Part shown: piece by piece, positions 21,893 through 30,560 of the stretch
Layout: every line of letters starts with the position of its first letter
Position numbering within the stretch: the first letter of the stretch is position 1
Origin: Coriobacteriia bacterium
GTDB lineage: Bacteria > Actinomycetota > Coriobacteriia > Anaerosomatales > SLCP01
DNA length: 64,000 nt
Assembly (NCBI GenBank): GCA_030603745.1
Contig: JAUVXE010000003.1
Location: 131,923 to 195,922, forward strand
Direction: 5' to 3'
The notes under the pieces: model-generated
Told to the model about the DNA's origin: nothing
Databases searched by the model: none
Seen by the model: the letters and a program-made list of their open reading frames with translations, nothing else
Translations under genes and position numbers: made by a program

Positions 21893-23140
21893 GTGTTGCG
21901 CGTGAAGACCGACCACCGCATCAAGCGAGTAGGCATCCTGTTCTCCGGAGGGCCCGCGCCGGCGGCGAACGCGGTGATCTCGGCGGCGGCGCTGAACTTC
22001 CTCAACTCCGGCGTCTCGGTGGTGGGATTCCTCGACGGCTACGAGAACCTCGAGCGGTACTCGTCCGAGGTTCCGCTCGTCGAGGGCGAGCACTACATCT
22101 GCCTGCGCCGCGACGACGTCTCGCAGATCCGCAACCGCAAGGACATCGTGCTGAGGACCGCGCGGGCGAATCCCGGCAAGCGGATCACCTCGCTCGACGA
22201 CCTCACTGACCCCGCCAAGAACGGCGGACTCATGGCGGTCTATGGCGCGCTCGACGCGCTCGAGATCGACGCCCTCGTCTCGATCGGCGGCGACGACACG
22301 CTCAAGACCGCCAACTACCTCTACCGCATGCAGGAGCTCCTGCCCGAGCTCCGCAGGGTCGACGTCATCCACCTGCCCAAGACGATCGACAACGACTACT
22401 ACGGCATCGACTGGACGTTCGGGTTCTTCTCGGCGGCGCACTTCGCCGCTGCCGAGATCCGTAACCTCGGCGCCGATGCCCGCTCCACGCAGGTCTGGTA
22501 CGTGCTCGAGATGATGGGCCGCAAGGCCGGCTGGCTCACCTACGCCTCGGGCATCGCCGGCGAAGCCACGCGGATGCTCTCGGTCGAGGACGTGGACGGG
22601 GAGTTCGACGTGCGGGCCTCGGCCGAGGAGATGGTCGACCTCATGCTCGCCCGCGAGCGCGACGGGCGCCGCTACGGCATCATCTGCGCCGCCGAGGGTC
22701 TCGCGGACCGGCTGCCCGACCACCAACGCCCGCAGTCGACCGACGAGCACGGCAACATCCAGCTCGGCGCCGCGGCCATCGGCCGCACGCTCGCCGAGGA
22801 GATGGAGCGCGTCTACGAGGAGCGCACCGGCACCGCGATCAAGGTGCGCCACAAGCAGATCGGGTACGAGACGCGCTGCTCGGAGCCGAGCGCGTTCGAC
22901 GTGCTCCTCGGCACCCAGCTCGGGGTCGGCGCCCATCGCGGGCTCATCGAGGAGGGACGCTCCGGCCACATGGTGAGCGTGGAGAAGCAGCTCCAGCTCA
23001 CCTACGTGCCGTTCGACGACCTGATCGACCCCGCGACGCTCAAGACCCGCGTGCGCCTCATCGAGCGGGACAGCGACCTCTACCGGCTCGCCCGCTCGCT
23101 CGAGTACCAGAAGATCGACCATCCCGAACCGGAGTGCTGA
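21893..23140 (+). CDS. pfp: 6-phosphofructokinase, predicted pyrophosphate-dependent
   Basis: GILFSGGPAPAANA, GGDDT (Asp where ATP-dependent enzymes have GGDG) and PKTIDND (Lys where they have Gly) form the residue pair known to mark PPi-dependent enzymes. The start is either 21893 or the GTG at 21902. Confidence 0.85.
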   Translation: MLRVKTDHRIKRVGILFSGGPAPAANAVISAAALNFLNSGVSVVGFLDGYENLERYSSEVPLVEGEHYICLRRDDVSQIRNRKDIVLRTARANPGKRITSLDDLTDPAKNGGLMAVYGALDALEIDALVSIGGDDTLKTANYLYRMQELLPELRRVDVIHLPKTIDNDYYGIDWTFGFFSAAHFAAAEIRNLGADARSTQVWYVLEMMGRKAGWLTYASGIAGEATRMLSVEDVDGEFDVRASAEEMVDLMLARERDGRRYGIICAAEGLADRLPDHQRPQSTDEHGNIQLGAAAIGRTLAEEMERVYEERTGTAIKVRHKQIGYETRCSEPSAFDVLLGTQLGVGAHRGLIEEGRSGHMVSVEKQLQLTYVPFDDLIDPATLKTRVRLIERDSDLYRLARSLEYQKIDHPEPEC

Positions 23141-23141
23141 C

Positions 23142-23720
23142 ATGAAGGAGTTCGATCCGATCATCGGCCGCGAGACGATCGAGCGGTTCGCGGCGATCGG
23201 CCGCGACCTGTTCGTGACCGGCGCGGTCTCGAGTCACGGCGGCAACCTCTCCGAGCGCCACGGCGACCGCATCGTCATCACGCGCCGGGGCTCGATGCTC
23301 GGGCGCCTCGGCGAGCGTGACGTGGTGTGGACGAACCTGGCCGCGTGCGAGCGCGACGAGGAGTGCAGCCGGGAGATCGTGGTGCACCGGGCGATCTACG
23401 AGGCCACCGAGGCGCGCGCGATCGTGCACGCGCACACGGTGCACACCGTGTGGCGCTCGATGATCGAGGACGCCATCGAGCCGATCGACTCCGAGGGTCG
23501 CTACGTGCTCGGGAGCGTGCCCGTGGTCGAGGCCGAGCAGACCATCGCCTCGCCGGAGGCCGCCGAGGTGCTGGCCGCGGCGCTCGCCGACCACCCGGTC
23601 GCGGTCCTGCGCACGCACGGTCCTTTTGCGCGCGGCACGACCCTCGAGGAGGCGTTCTACCACGTGAGCGCGCTCGAGGCCTCCTGCCAGCTGCTCGACC
23701 TGCGGGATTCGCGACGGTAG
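23142..23720 (+). CDS. class II aldolase/adducin N-terminal domain protein
   Basis: SSHGGNLS...IVITRRGS...HRAIY...AIVHAHT is the fuculose-phosphate aldolase fold signature. It starts 1 nt after the pfp stop. Confidence 0.8.
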   Translation: MKEFDPIIGRETIERFAAIGRDLFVTGAVSSHGGNLSERHGDRIVITRRGSMLGRLGERDVVWTNLAACERDEECSREIVVHRAIYEATEARAIVHAHTVHTVWRSMIEDAIEPIDSEGRYVLGSVPVVEAEQTIASPEAAEVLAAALADHPVAVLRTHGPFARGTTLEEAFYHVSALEASCQLLDLRDSRR

Positions 23721-23818
23721 CACGGTCGTCCGTGATAGCGGCACGACGAGCGGCCGGGAGCGTCGCCCCCGGCCGCTTCGGTGTCACGCTGTGGGCGCGG
23801 CGTCATTCGCTGCCTCCT

Positions 23819-23968
23819 TCATACCGGTCGGCGGCCCTGTATCACCCTGACCAGTACCGTGATGATCGCGAGTACGAGCAGGATGTGGATCAGGCCGTTG
23901 ATCGTGGTCCCGGACACGAGCCCGAGGAGCCACAGGACCAGCAGTATCGCGACGATAGTCCACAACAT
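23819..23968 (-). CDS. lmo0937-family small membrane protein (49 aa)
   Basis: The internal Met gives MLWTIVAILLVLWLLGLVSGTTINGLIHILLVLAIITVLVRVIQGRRPV, which is the typical family sequence. Confidence 0.7.
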   Translation of the reverse strand: MLWTIVAILLVLWLLGLVSGTTINGLIHILLVLAIITVLVRVIQGRRPV

Positions 23969-24162
23969 GGCGGTCGCCCCCCTTCGGCCAACGGACCCGC
24001 CATGCGGGTCGGTATGCGACGTTCTACCAGGCACATACCCGCTCCGCCGCACCCGCGAACCCCCGGTTGTGTGGTGTCCGGCGCAGGCGGGAGGGGTAGG
24101 AACACGGTGTGTCCGCGCGTGCGGGCATCCGTTCCGGACAGCAGGCGACAGGAGGCAGACCG

Positions 24163-24432
24163 ATGGGCGATGCGTACAAGGCCAAGGCCGAGGCCAAGCT
24201 CGACGAGTGGGCGGCGCGACTGAAGCAGCTTGAGGCGCAGGCGCGGCAGTCCTCGGCGGACGCTTCGATCGAGCTCGACAAGGCCGCCAGCGACTTGCGC
24301 GGGCGGATCGACGAGTTGCGCGGCAGGCTCGACCAGGGAGCGGACGAGGCCGAGGACGATCTCGAGGAGTTCGTGAAGTCTGCCGAGGGCGCGTGGGAGG
24401 CCGTGAAGGACCGCCTCGGGAACGGGGAGTAG
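24163..24432 (+). CDS. hypothetical acidic coiled-coil protein (89 aa)
   Basis: The ATG at 24163 sits 7 nt after GGAGG. The heptad-like sequence KAEAKLDEWAARLKQLEAQ... is present. I recognise no family. Confidence 0.5.
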   Translation: MGDAYKAKAEAKLDEWAARLKQLEAQARQSSADASIELDKAASDLRGRIDELRGRLDQGADEAEDDLEEFVKSAEGAWEAVKDRLGNGE

Positions 24433-24435
24433 GCG

Positions 24436-25233
24436 GTGGCGGACACGCAGCGCGACCCCGGGCCGCTCGATCTGCACCTGAACAAGGCGCTTGAGAAGCC
24501 CTCGCTCCTCGAACAGGTGCAGGGAGCCGAATCCGAGTTCCTGCGCGGCAAGCGCAAGCCCTCGGACAACGTCGAGAGCGCGGTCCGGTACTTCCTCGAG
24601 TTCCTGCGGGGATTCGAGTTCCTCTCGATCGCCGAGCCCACCGTCACCGTCTTCGGTTCGGCGCGCTTCGAGGCCGGGCACCCCTACTACGAACTCGCGC
24701 GCGAACTCGGTTCGGCGCTCGTCCGGGACGGGTTCGCGGTCATGACCGGCGCGGGCCCGGGCATCATGGAGGCCGCCAACCGTGGCGCCAAGGAGGCCGG
24801 CGGGCTGTCGATCGGCGCGAACATCCACCTCCCGCACGAGCAGGAGGCGAACCCGTACGTCGACCGCCTGATCGAGTTCGAGCACTTCTTCGTGCGCAAG
24901 GTCATGCTCGTGAAGTACTCGTGCGCTTTCGTGATCATGCCCGGCGGCTACGGTACGCTCGACGAGCTCTTCGAGACGCTGACACTCATGCAGACCGGCA
25001 AGATCGACGACTTCCCGGTGGTCGCCCTCGGCTGCGAGTTCTGGGAGCCGATGATCGACTTCTTCCAGCGAAAGATGGTGGCCGAGGGGACGATCGACTC
25101 CTCGGACATCGAGCGGATCTTCATGACGGACTCGATCGACGAGGCCGTGGAGTTCATCAGGGAACACCCGCGTAGCTGCAACCACCGTGCGGCCGGAGCC
25201 GACGGCGAGGTGCGTCCGGGCTGCGAGGACTGA
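24436..25233 (+). CDS. LOG family (TIGR00730) nucleotide 5'-monophosphate nucleosidase
   Basis: VTVFGSAR...GGGPGIMEAANRGA-like (TGAGPGIMEAANRGA)...PGGYGTLDELFE is the PGGxGTxxE motif. Confidence 0.85.
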   Translation: MADTQRDPGPLDLHLNKALEKPSLLEQVQGAESEFLRGKRKPSDNVESAVRYFLEFLRGFEFLSIAEPTVTVFGSARFEAGHPYYELARELGSALVRDGFAVMTGAGPGIMEAANRGAKEAGGLSIGANIHLPHEQEANPYVDRLIEFEHFFVRKVMLVKYSCAFVIMPGGYGTLDELFETLTLMQTGKIDDFPVVALGCEFWEPMIDFFQRKMVAEGTIDSSDIERIFMTDSIDEAVEFIREHPRSCNHRAAGADGEVRPGCED

Positions 25234-25237
25234 CACG

Positions 25238-26608
25238 ATGGCGGCCGGGCCACAGACGGGTGGACGGGTCGTCACGGTCTACCTCGTCTCGGGGGGGCTG
25301 TTCACGCTTGCCGCGTCGCTGATCTGGGGCGTCAACACGCTCTTCCTGCTCGACGCGGGGCTCGACATCTTCCAGGTGATGCTCGTGAACGCGGCCTTCA
25401 GCGCCGGTCAGGTCCTCTTCGAGGTCCCGACCGGCGTTGTCGCCGACACGGTCGGGCGCAAGGCCTCCTTCGCGTGGGGGATCGCGACCCTCTTCGTCTC
25501 GACGCTGCTCTACGTCGCGTCCTCGGCGTACGGGTGGGGGGTCTGGGCGTTCGTGGGGGCGTCCCTGCTCATCGGCCTCGGGTTCACCTTCCAGACCGGG
25601 GCGGTCGACGCCTGGCTCATCGACGCGCTCGACCACCTTGGCGACGACCGCTCGCGCGAGCAGGTCTTCGCGCGCGGGGGGATCGTGATGGGCGTGGCGA
25701 TGCTCTTCGGGACGCTCGCCGGAGGGTTCCTCGGCCAGGTCGACCTGGTGGTGCCCTACCTCACGCGGGCCGGCATCCTGATCGCGGCGCTGCTGTTCGT
25801 GCTCTTCGCGATGCGCGACATCGGCTTCACGCCGCGCACGCTGCGGATGTCGCGGTTCGGCGCCGAGACGCGCGTGATCCTGCGGGCGGGGGTCCGCTAC
25901 GGGCTGCGTCACCGCGTGGTGCGGCCGCTGCTCCTCGTCTCGGCGGCCCAGGGCGTCGTGATGCTCTTCCTCTTCTACTCCTCCCAGCCGTTCGCGCTCG
26001 AGCTCCTCGGCCGGCCCGATCTCGTATGGGTGGCCGGCGTGCTGACCGCGCTGTTCGGGCTGACCGGCGTGGTAGGCAACGCGCTCGTGGGGCCGGTGAT
26101 GCGCACCCGCGACGGCGGGCGGCGCCGGCCGGCGGTCGTGCTCGCCGTGGGCGGGCTGCTCTCGGCGATCGGCGTGGTCGCGATGGGTGTCGCCGGCGTG
26201 CTCGCGCCGGCCGGAGGCGATCCGGTCATGTTCACGGTCGCGGTCGTGCTCTTCGCTGTGTTCGGCGTGGTGTTCGGCGTGGTGGGGCCGGTGCGGCAGG
26301 CCTTCCTGAACGAGCACATCCCTTCGGCCCAGCGTGCGACGGTGCTCTCGGTGGATTCGTTCTGCGCCGACGCCGGAGGGGTGGTGGGCCAGCCGGCGTT
26401 CGGCTTGGTGTCCCGCGCCTACTCGATCCCCGTCGGCTACCTCATCGGTGGGCTCGTGTGGGCCGCCTCGTACCCGCTCTATCTGTGGGCGGGGCGCAAC
26501 GCCGAGGAGACCGGGCCGGTCGCGGGCGAGGGCACCGCGGAGGCGGGAGCCGCTGACGCGGGCGAGGCGGGCGGGAGGAGCGAGACGGCAGGTCCGGCCG
26601 AGGGGTGA
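25238..26608 (+). CDS. MFS transporter
   Basis: About 12 hydrophobic segments and the loop 2-3 motif GVVADTVGRK. I place the start at ATG 25238. Confidence 0.8.
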   Translation: MAAGPQTGGRVVTVYLVSGGLFTLAASLIWGVNTLFLLDAGLDIFQVMLVNAAFSAGQVLFEVPTGVVADTVGRKASFAWGIATLFVSTLLYVASSAYGWGVWAFVGASLLIGLGFTFQTGAVDAWLIDALDHLGDDRSREQVFARGGIVMGVAMLFGTLAGGFLGQVDLVVPYLTRAGILIAALLFVLFAMRDIGFTPRTLRMSRFGAETRVILRAGVRYGLRHRVVRPLLLVSAAQGVVMLFLFYSSQPFALELLGRPDLVWVAGVLTALFGLTGVVGNALVGPVMRTRDGGRRRPAVVLAVGGLLSAIGVVAMGVAGVLAPAGGDPVMFTVAVVLFAVFGVVFGVVGPVRQAFLNEHIPSAQRATVLSVDSFCADAGGVVGQPAFGLVSRAYSIPVGYLIGGLVWAASYPLYLWAGRNAEETGPVAGEGTAEAGAADAGEAGGRSETAGPAEG

Positions 26609-26626
26609 GGCGTACTCCTCGGCGGA

Positions 26627-26713
26627 TGGTGCCCGGGGCGGGGATCGAACCCGCACTCCCTTTCGGGAACCGGTTTTTGAGACCGGCGCGTCTGCCTGTT
26701 CCGCCACCCGGGC
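26627..26713 (-). tRNA. tRNA-Leu (anticodon CAA), 87 nt with encoded CCA
   Basis: The reverse complement is GCCCGGGTGGCGGAACAGGCAGACGCGCCGGTCTCAAAAACCGGTTCCCGAAAGGGAGTGCGGGTTCGATCCCCGCCCCGGGCACCA. It has a 7-bp acceptor stem, the anticodon stem-loop CCGGT-CTCAAAA-ACCGG, a long variable arm, and GGTTCGATCC in the T arm. Confidence 0.9.
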
Positions 26714-26888
26714 GCGTGGTGACCGCCCGCAGATTGTACCGGAGAGGAGCTGCAGGTGTCAGGAACGCACTCGGCGGGACGCACCTCGCCGGTGCGCCCC
26801 GCCCTGAAGGAGTGGTGCAGGCGCCACCTGGGGAGGGAAGGACGCCCGCTAGCGGTCACCTCTCGGGTCGCGAGAGGGGGGACCCTGG

Positions 26889-28295
26889 TCAGTTGACCTC
26901 GACCACCTCCGGTGTGGGGGTGGCGAGGGCCTCGGGAGTGACGTCGGTGGTGTAGCGGGTGGTGCGCTCCGGCGGACGGTAGCCGAGGGACTTGAGCAGC
27001 GCGCGGACGACCTTGCGGTCGTAGAGGGTGTCGACCCCGCGCACGAGCTCGGCGACCGCCTGGTCCTGCGTGAGCCGTGTCCGGTGCGGTCGGTCGCTCG
27101 TCATCGAGTTGAAGACGTCGCAGACCGCGAGGATCCTCGCTTCGAGCGAGATCTGCTCGCCGCGCCGGCGCCTCGGGTATCCGGACCCGTCGAGCCGCTC
27201 GTGATGGTCGTGGATCGCCTCCTGGACCGCCTCGCTGAAGTTCGCGTTGCGGGCGACCTCGGCGCCCTTGCCGGGGTGGGAGCGGACCTCGGCGAGCTCC
27301 TCGGGGGTGAGCGAGCGCCTGGCGGCGAGGATGTGTTCAGGTATGTCGAGCATGCCCACGTCGGTGAGCATCGCGGCTACGCGCAGGTCGCTGACTCGGC
27401 GGGTTGCGAGACCGAGCTCGGTCCCCACACCCACGGCGAGGTCGGCCATCCGATTCGAGCTGCGCACGTAGTCGGGGACGCGGCGATCGATGAGCGCGGC
27501 GAGCGTCCGGAGCGTGCCGGCCAGCTGGGCGCGGACCTCGGCGAGGAGCATCCGGTTCTCGCCGGAGAGCTCCACGATCCGCGCGATCAGGCCGAGCCCT
27601 TCGAGCTGCTCCTCGCAGAACGCCTCGCCGCGACGCCACAGGCAGAGCACCGAACGGAGCTCGCCGCGGAACCGCAGCGGGACCGCGAGCGCCTCCGAGC
27701 CGTTGCGGGAGTTCGAGATGGAGAGCGGCTTGCCGGCGCGGACCGCGTCGAGCGCGACGGTGAGGACCGCCGGCTGCGCGGCCTCGTCCTCGACACCGTC
27801 GACCGTGTAGAGCTCGACGTCCTCGCCCACGACCGCGACCGCCTCTGCCCCGAAGTGGGCGGCCGACTCGCGCAGCACGGTCCGGACCGGGTCCTCCTGC
27901 TCGAGCGAGGTCATGAGCTCGGCGGCGCGCTGGGCGAAGGCGAGGCGGTCGTAGGCGGCGCGGATCTCGTCGTTGGCCGCCTCGAGGCGGTCGTGGGTGG
28001 CCACGAGCTGGGCGCGGAGGCGCTGGTGCTGGTCGATCATGTAGAGGACGACCATGAGCAGCAGTCCGGTCGAGAGCGCGCGGAAGATCTCGTTGTCGAG
28101 CAGCCACCAGTCGGGAGCGCCGACCTCGGTGAGCACCATGTAGGCGAGCACGCCCACGAGCACGAGGAGCACGGCGATGATCAGATACGCGAGCGTGTTG
28201 AGCTGGATCTCGCGCTGCAGGATGTGCCTGACGTTCGGCTGCTGATCGCTCACCCGATGCCTCCCCATGAGACGTTGACCGCTTGTCTCCACCAT
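26889..28295 (-). CDS. HD-GYP domain protein (predicted c-di-GMP phosphodiesterase) with N-terminal TM region and a sensor-like middle domain
   Basis: HDHHERLDGSGYP and HPGKGAEV motifs. The start is either 28295 (MVETSG) or 28268 (MGRHRV). Confidence 0.85.
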   Translation of the reverse strand: MVETSGQRLMGRHRVSDQQPNVRHILQREIQLNTLAYLIIAVLLVLVGVLAYMVLTEVGAPDWWLLDNEIFRALSTGLLLMVVLYMIDQHQRLRAQLVATHDRLEAANDEIRAAYDRLAFAQRAAELMTSLEQEDPVRTVLRESAAHFGAEAVAVVGEDVELYTVDGVEDEAAQPAVLTVALDAVRAGKPLSISNSRNGSEALAVPLRFRGELRSVLCLWRRGEAFCEEQLEGLGLIARIVELSGENRMLLAEVRAQLAGTLRTLAALIDRRVPDYVRSSNRMADLAVGVGTELGLATRRVSDLRVAAMLTDVGMLDIPEHILAARRSLTPEELAEVRSHPGKGAEVARNANFSEAVQEAIHDHHERLDGSGYPRRRRGEQISLEARILAVCDVFNSMTSDRPHRTRLTQDQAVAELVRGVDTLYDRKVVRALLKSLGYRPPERTTRYTTDVTPEALATPTPEVVEVN

Positions 28296-28440
28296 CGTGA
28301 TGACGAGACAAAAGGTTGAATCTGTCCGACGAACGGTAGGTTGCTGACCCCGCGTGTGCAGGACGGACGGCCGACTCGGTACGACGAAAGGGCTATGCAC
28401 CCGCGGAGCGGCCGGTCGCGCGTACGTCTATACTCGGGCC

Positions 28441-29910
28441 ATGCACGCACACGACGACATCGAGGACGCGCGGCGGACCGGTGGTCCCGCCGCCGGTAGG
28501 GATCACGACGGGGCGCCGCGCGCGCTCCATCTCGGCAACCTCGCGGACAACCTGCAGCTCGTGGCCGATCTCGGCTACGGGGACGTCGCGCTCGCCGAGA
28601 TGCGGGAGGACGGCGCGCTCGTGGTCACCGCAGACGCGCGTCCGGTCACCGCCGTCGCGGCGCTCGCCGCATCGCGCGCGGGCGCCACGCTCGCACCCGA
28701 GCGCGAGATCGAGGCGTATCGCGCGCTTCACGACGGCGAGCCCGTCGAGGGGTCCCGTCGCCGTATCACGCGCGGGATCTCCTACACCACCTCGGCGTAC
28801 CCGGTCGGCCCGGCGGGCGCGCCGTACGCCGTGGCGGTGCGCGACCTCGCCCAGCAGGTCCTCGAGGCGCCCGGACGCATGGAGACCCAGTTCATGCACG
28901 CCGCCGAGGATCTCCTCGCGGTGCTCTGCTCCCGTCCGCTGCTCACGCCGGCGGGCGAGCCGTTCAGCACGGTGCGCGTCGCGGGGGACGGCGTGTTGCG
29001 CCTCGACTCCGAGGGCCGTGTCGACTACGCGAGCCCCAACGCCGTGAACATCATGCGGCTCGCGGGCGTGGAGGCCTCGGTCACCGGCGGCCCCGCGACG
29101 CGGCTCCCCGGCGGCCCCGCGGCGCTCGCGCCCGTGCTCGCCGCGCGCGCGGGCACGGCGGCCGCGACCGAGGTCGAGCACGCCGGCCGGATCCTCGGCT
29201 ACCGCGCGATCCGGCTCGAGCACGGCGCGGTCGTGCTCGTGGAGGACCGCACCGACGCCTACCGGCGCGAGCAGGAGATCAAGGTCAAGGAGGCGACCAT
29301 CCGCGAGGTCCACCACCGCGTGAAGAACAACCTGCAGACCATCGCGAGCCTTCTGCGAATCCAGGCGCGTCGCGTCGAGAGCGAGGAGGCGCGTCACGCG
29401 CTCGCCGAGGCCAACGAACGCGTCTCCTCGATGGCGGTCGTCCACGAGATGCTCGCCGCCTCCACCGAGGAGCGCATCGACTTCACCGAGGCGGCCCGTA
29501 CCGTCGTGGACATGGTGCACCGCGGGCTCGCCGGCGAGGGCGGCGAGGTGGCGGTCAGCGTCGAGGGCTCGACCGGCCTGGTGCCCGCACAGGTCGCGAC
29601 CTCGCTCGCGCTCGTGGTCGCCGAGCTCGTGCACAACGCCATCGAGCACGGCTTCGCCGGCGGGCGGACCGGCGGTGTCGAGGTCCTCATGCGCCGGCTC
29701 CCCGGAGAGCTCGTGCTCACCGTGCGCGACGACGGTCACGGACTGCCCGCCGGCTTCGACCCCGAATCGGCGGGCAACCTCGGCCTGGCGATCGTCCGGA
29801 CCGTGGTCTCGGACAACCTGCGCGGTACCATCACCTTCGGCGGGGCGCGCGGAGCGACCGTCACCGTGCGCCTGCCGCTTCCCGACGACGACCCCGAGAC
29901 CGAGGAGTGA
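28441..29910 (+). CDS. pdtaS: PdtaS-type sensor histidine kinase (HisKA_2/HWE-like)
   Basis: The H-box EVHHRVKNNLQTIASLLRIQ, the N-box AELVHNAIEHGF and DDGHGLP are present. TATACT at 28429-28434 ends 6 nt before the ATG, so the mRNA is possibly leaderless. Confidence 0.85.
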   Translation: MHAHDDIEDARRTGGPAAGRDHDGAPRALHLGNLADNLQLVADLGYGDVALAEMREDGALVVTADARPVTAVAALAASRAGATLAPEREIEAYRALHDGEPVEGSRRRITRGISYTTSAYPVGPAGAPYAVAVRDLAQQVLEAPGRMETQFMHAAEDLLAVLCSRPLLTPAGEPFSTVRVAGDGVLRLDSEGRVDYASPNAVNIMRLAGVEASVTGGPATRLPGGPAALAPVLAARAGTAAATEVEHAGRILGYRAIRLEHGAVVLVEDRTDAYRREQEIKVKEATIREVHHRVKNNLQTIASLLRIQARRVESEEARHALAEANERVSSMAVVHEMLAASTEERIDFTEAARTVVDMVHRGLAGEGGEVAVSVEGSTGLVPAQVATSLALVVAELVHNAIEHGFAGGRTGGVEVLMRRLPGELVLTVRDDGHGLPAGFDPESAGNLGLAIVRTVVSDNLRGTITFGGARGATVTVRLPLPDDDPETEE

Positions 29911-29914
29911 GCCC

Positions 29915-30487
29915 GTGCGCGTACTGATCGCCGAGGACGAGGCGCTCATCCGGATGGACCTCCGCGAGATGCTCGAGGAGGAGGGCCACGAGGTCGTGGG
30001 TGAGGCGGGGGACGGCCGTCGCGCGCTCGAGCTCGCCCGTGAGCTCGCGCCCGATGTCGTCTTCATGGACATCGAGATGCCGGTGATGAGCGGCCTGGAC
30101 GCCGCGTGTGCCATCGGCGAGGAGCGCATCGCGCCGGTGGTCATGGTGACGGCGTTCTCGCAGGCCGCCTACGTGGAGCGCGCGTGTGACGCGGGGGCGC
30201 TCGGCTACCTCGTCAAGCCGTTCAGCAAGGCCGATATCCTTCCCGCGATGCGGATCGCCCTCTCGCGCTTCGCCGAGGCGGGCCAGCTCGCCGAGGAGGT
30301 CGCCGACCTCACCGAGCGGCTCGAGACCCGCACCGTGCTCGACCGCGCGAAGGGCCTGCTCATGGCGCGCGGCATGAGCGAGCCGGACGCGTTTCGGCGC
30401 CTCCAGAAGCTCGCGATGGACCGCCGGCTCTCGCTTCGGCAGGTCGCCGAGGCGGTCCTCCTCGCCGAGGAGGCCAACGAGCGGTAA
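29915..30487 (+). CDS. pdtaR: PdtaR-type response regulator (REC + ANTAR RNA-binding domain)
   Basis: VRVLIAEDEALIRMDL...VFMDIEMP (REC domain) and VLDRAKGLLMARGMSEPDAFRRLQKLAMDRRLSLRQVAEAV (ANTAR domain). Confidence 0.9.
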   Translation: MRVLIAEDEALIRMDLREMLEEEGHEVVGEAGDGRRALELARELAPDVVFMDIEMPVMSGLDAACAIGEERIAPVVMVTAFSQAAYVERACDAGALGYLVKPFSKADILPAMRIALSRFAEAGQLAEEVADLTERLETRTVLDRAKGLLMARGMSEPDAFRRLQKLAMDRRLSLRQVAEAVLLAEEANER

Positions 30488-30560
30488 AGTAGACAGTCGG
30501 GCGCGCGGGGCGTCCGGCGGCGCGCACGCGTCCGTGACCGGGAGCGAGAGGGGGCTTGCG

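Noticed and set aside
20864-23164. 766-aa minus-strand ORF; also the 672-aa ORF 44212-46230 and the 516-aa ORF 25157-26707.
   Set aside because: All lie antisense to well-supported plus-strand genes (accA and pfp; the DHFR-like and RlmN-like genes; the MFS transporter). They have Arg/Gly/Pro/His-dominated translations.
26609-26888. The tRNA-Leu as an integration hotspot, or a genomic island next to it.
   Set aside because: There is no integrase, no partial tRNA direct repeat, and no visible composition change in the flanking MFS and HD-GYP genes.
30488-30560. Possible M-box (Mg2+) riboswitch upstream of mgtE.
   Set aside because: Only 73 nt separate the pdtaR stop from the mgtE ATG, which is too short for an M-box (about 160 nt or more). 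None of the conserved M-box strings are visible.
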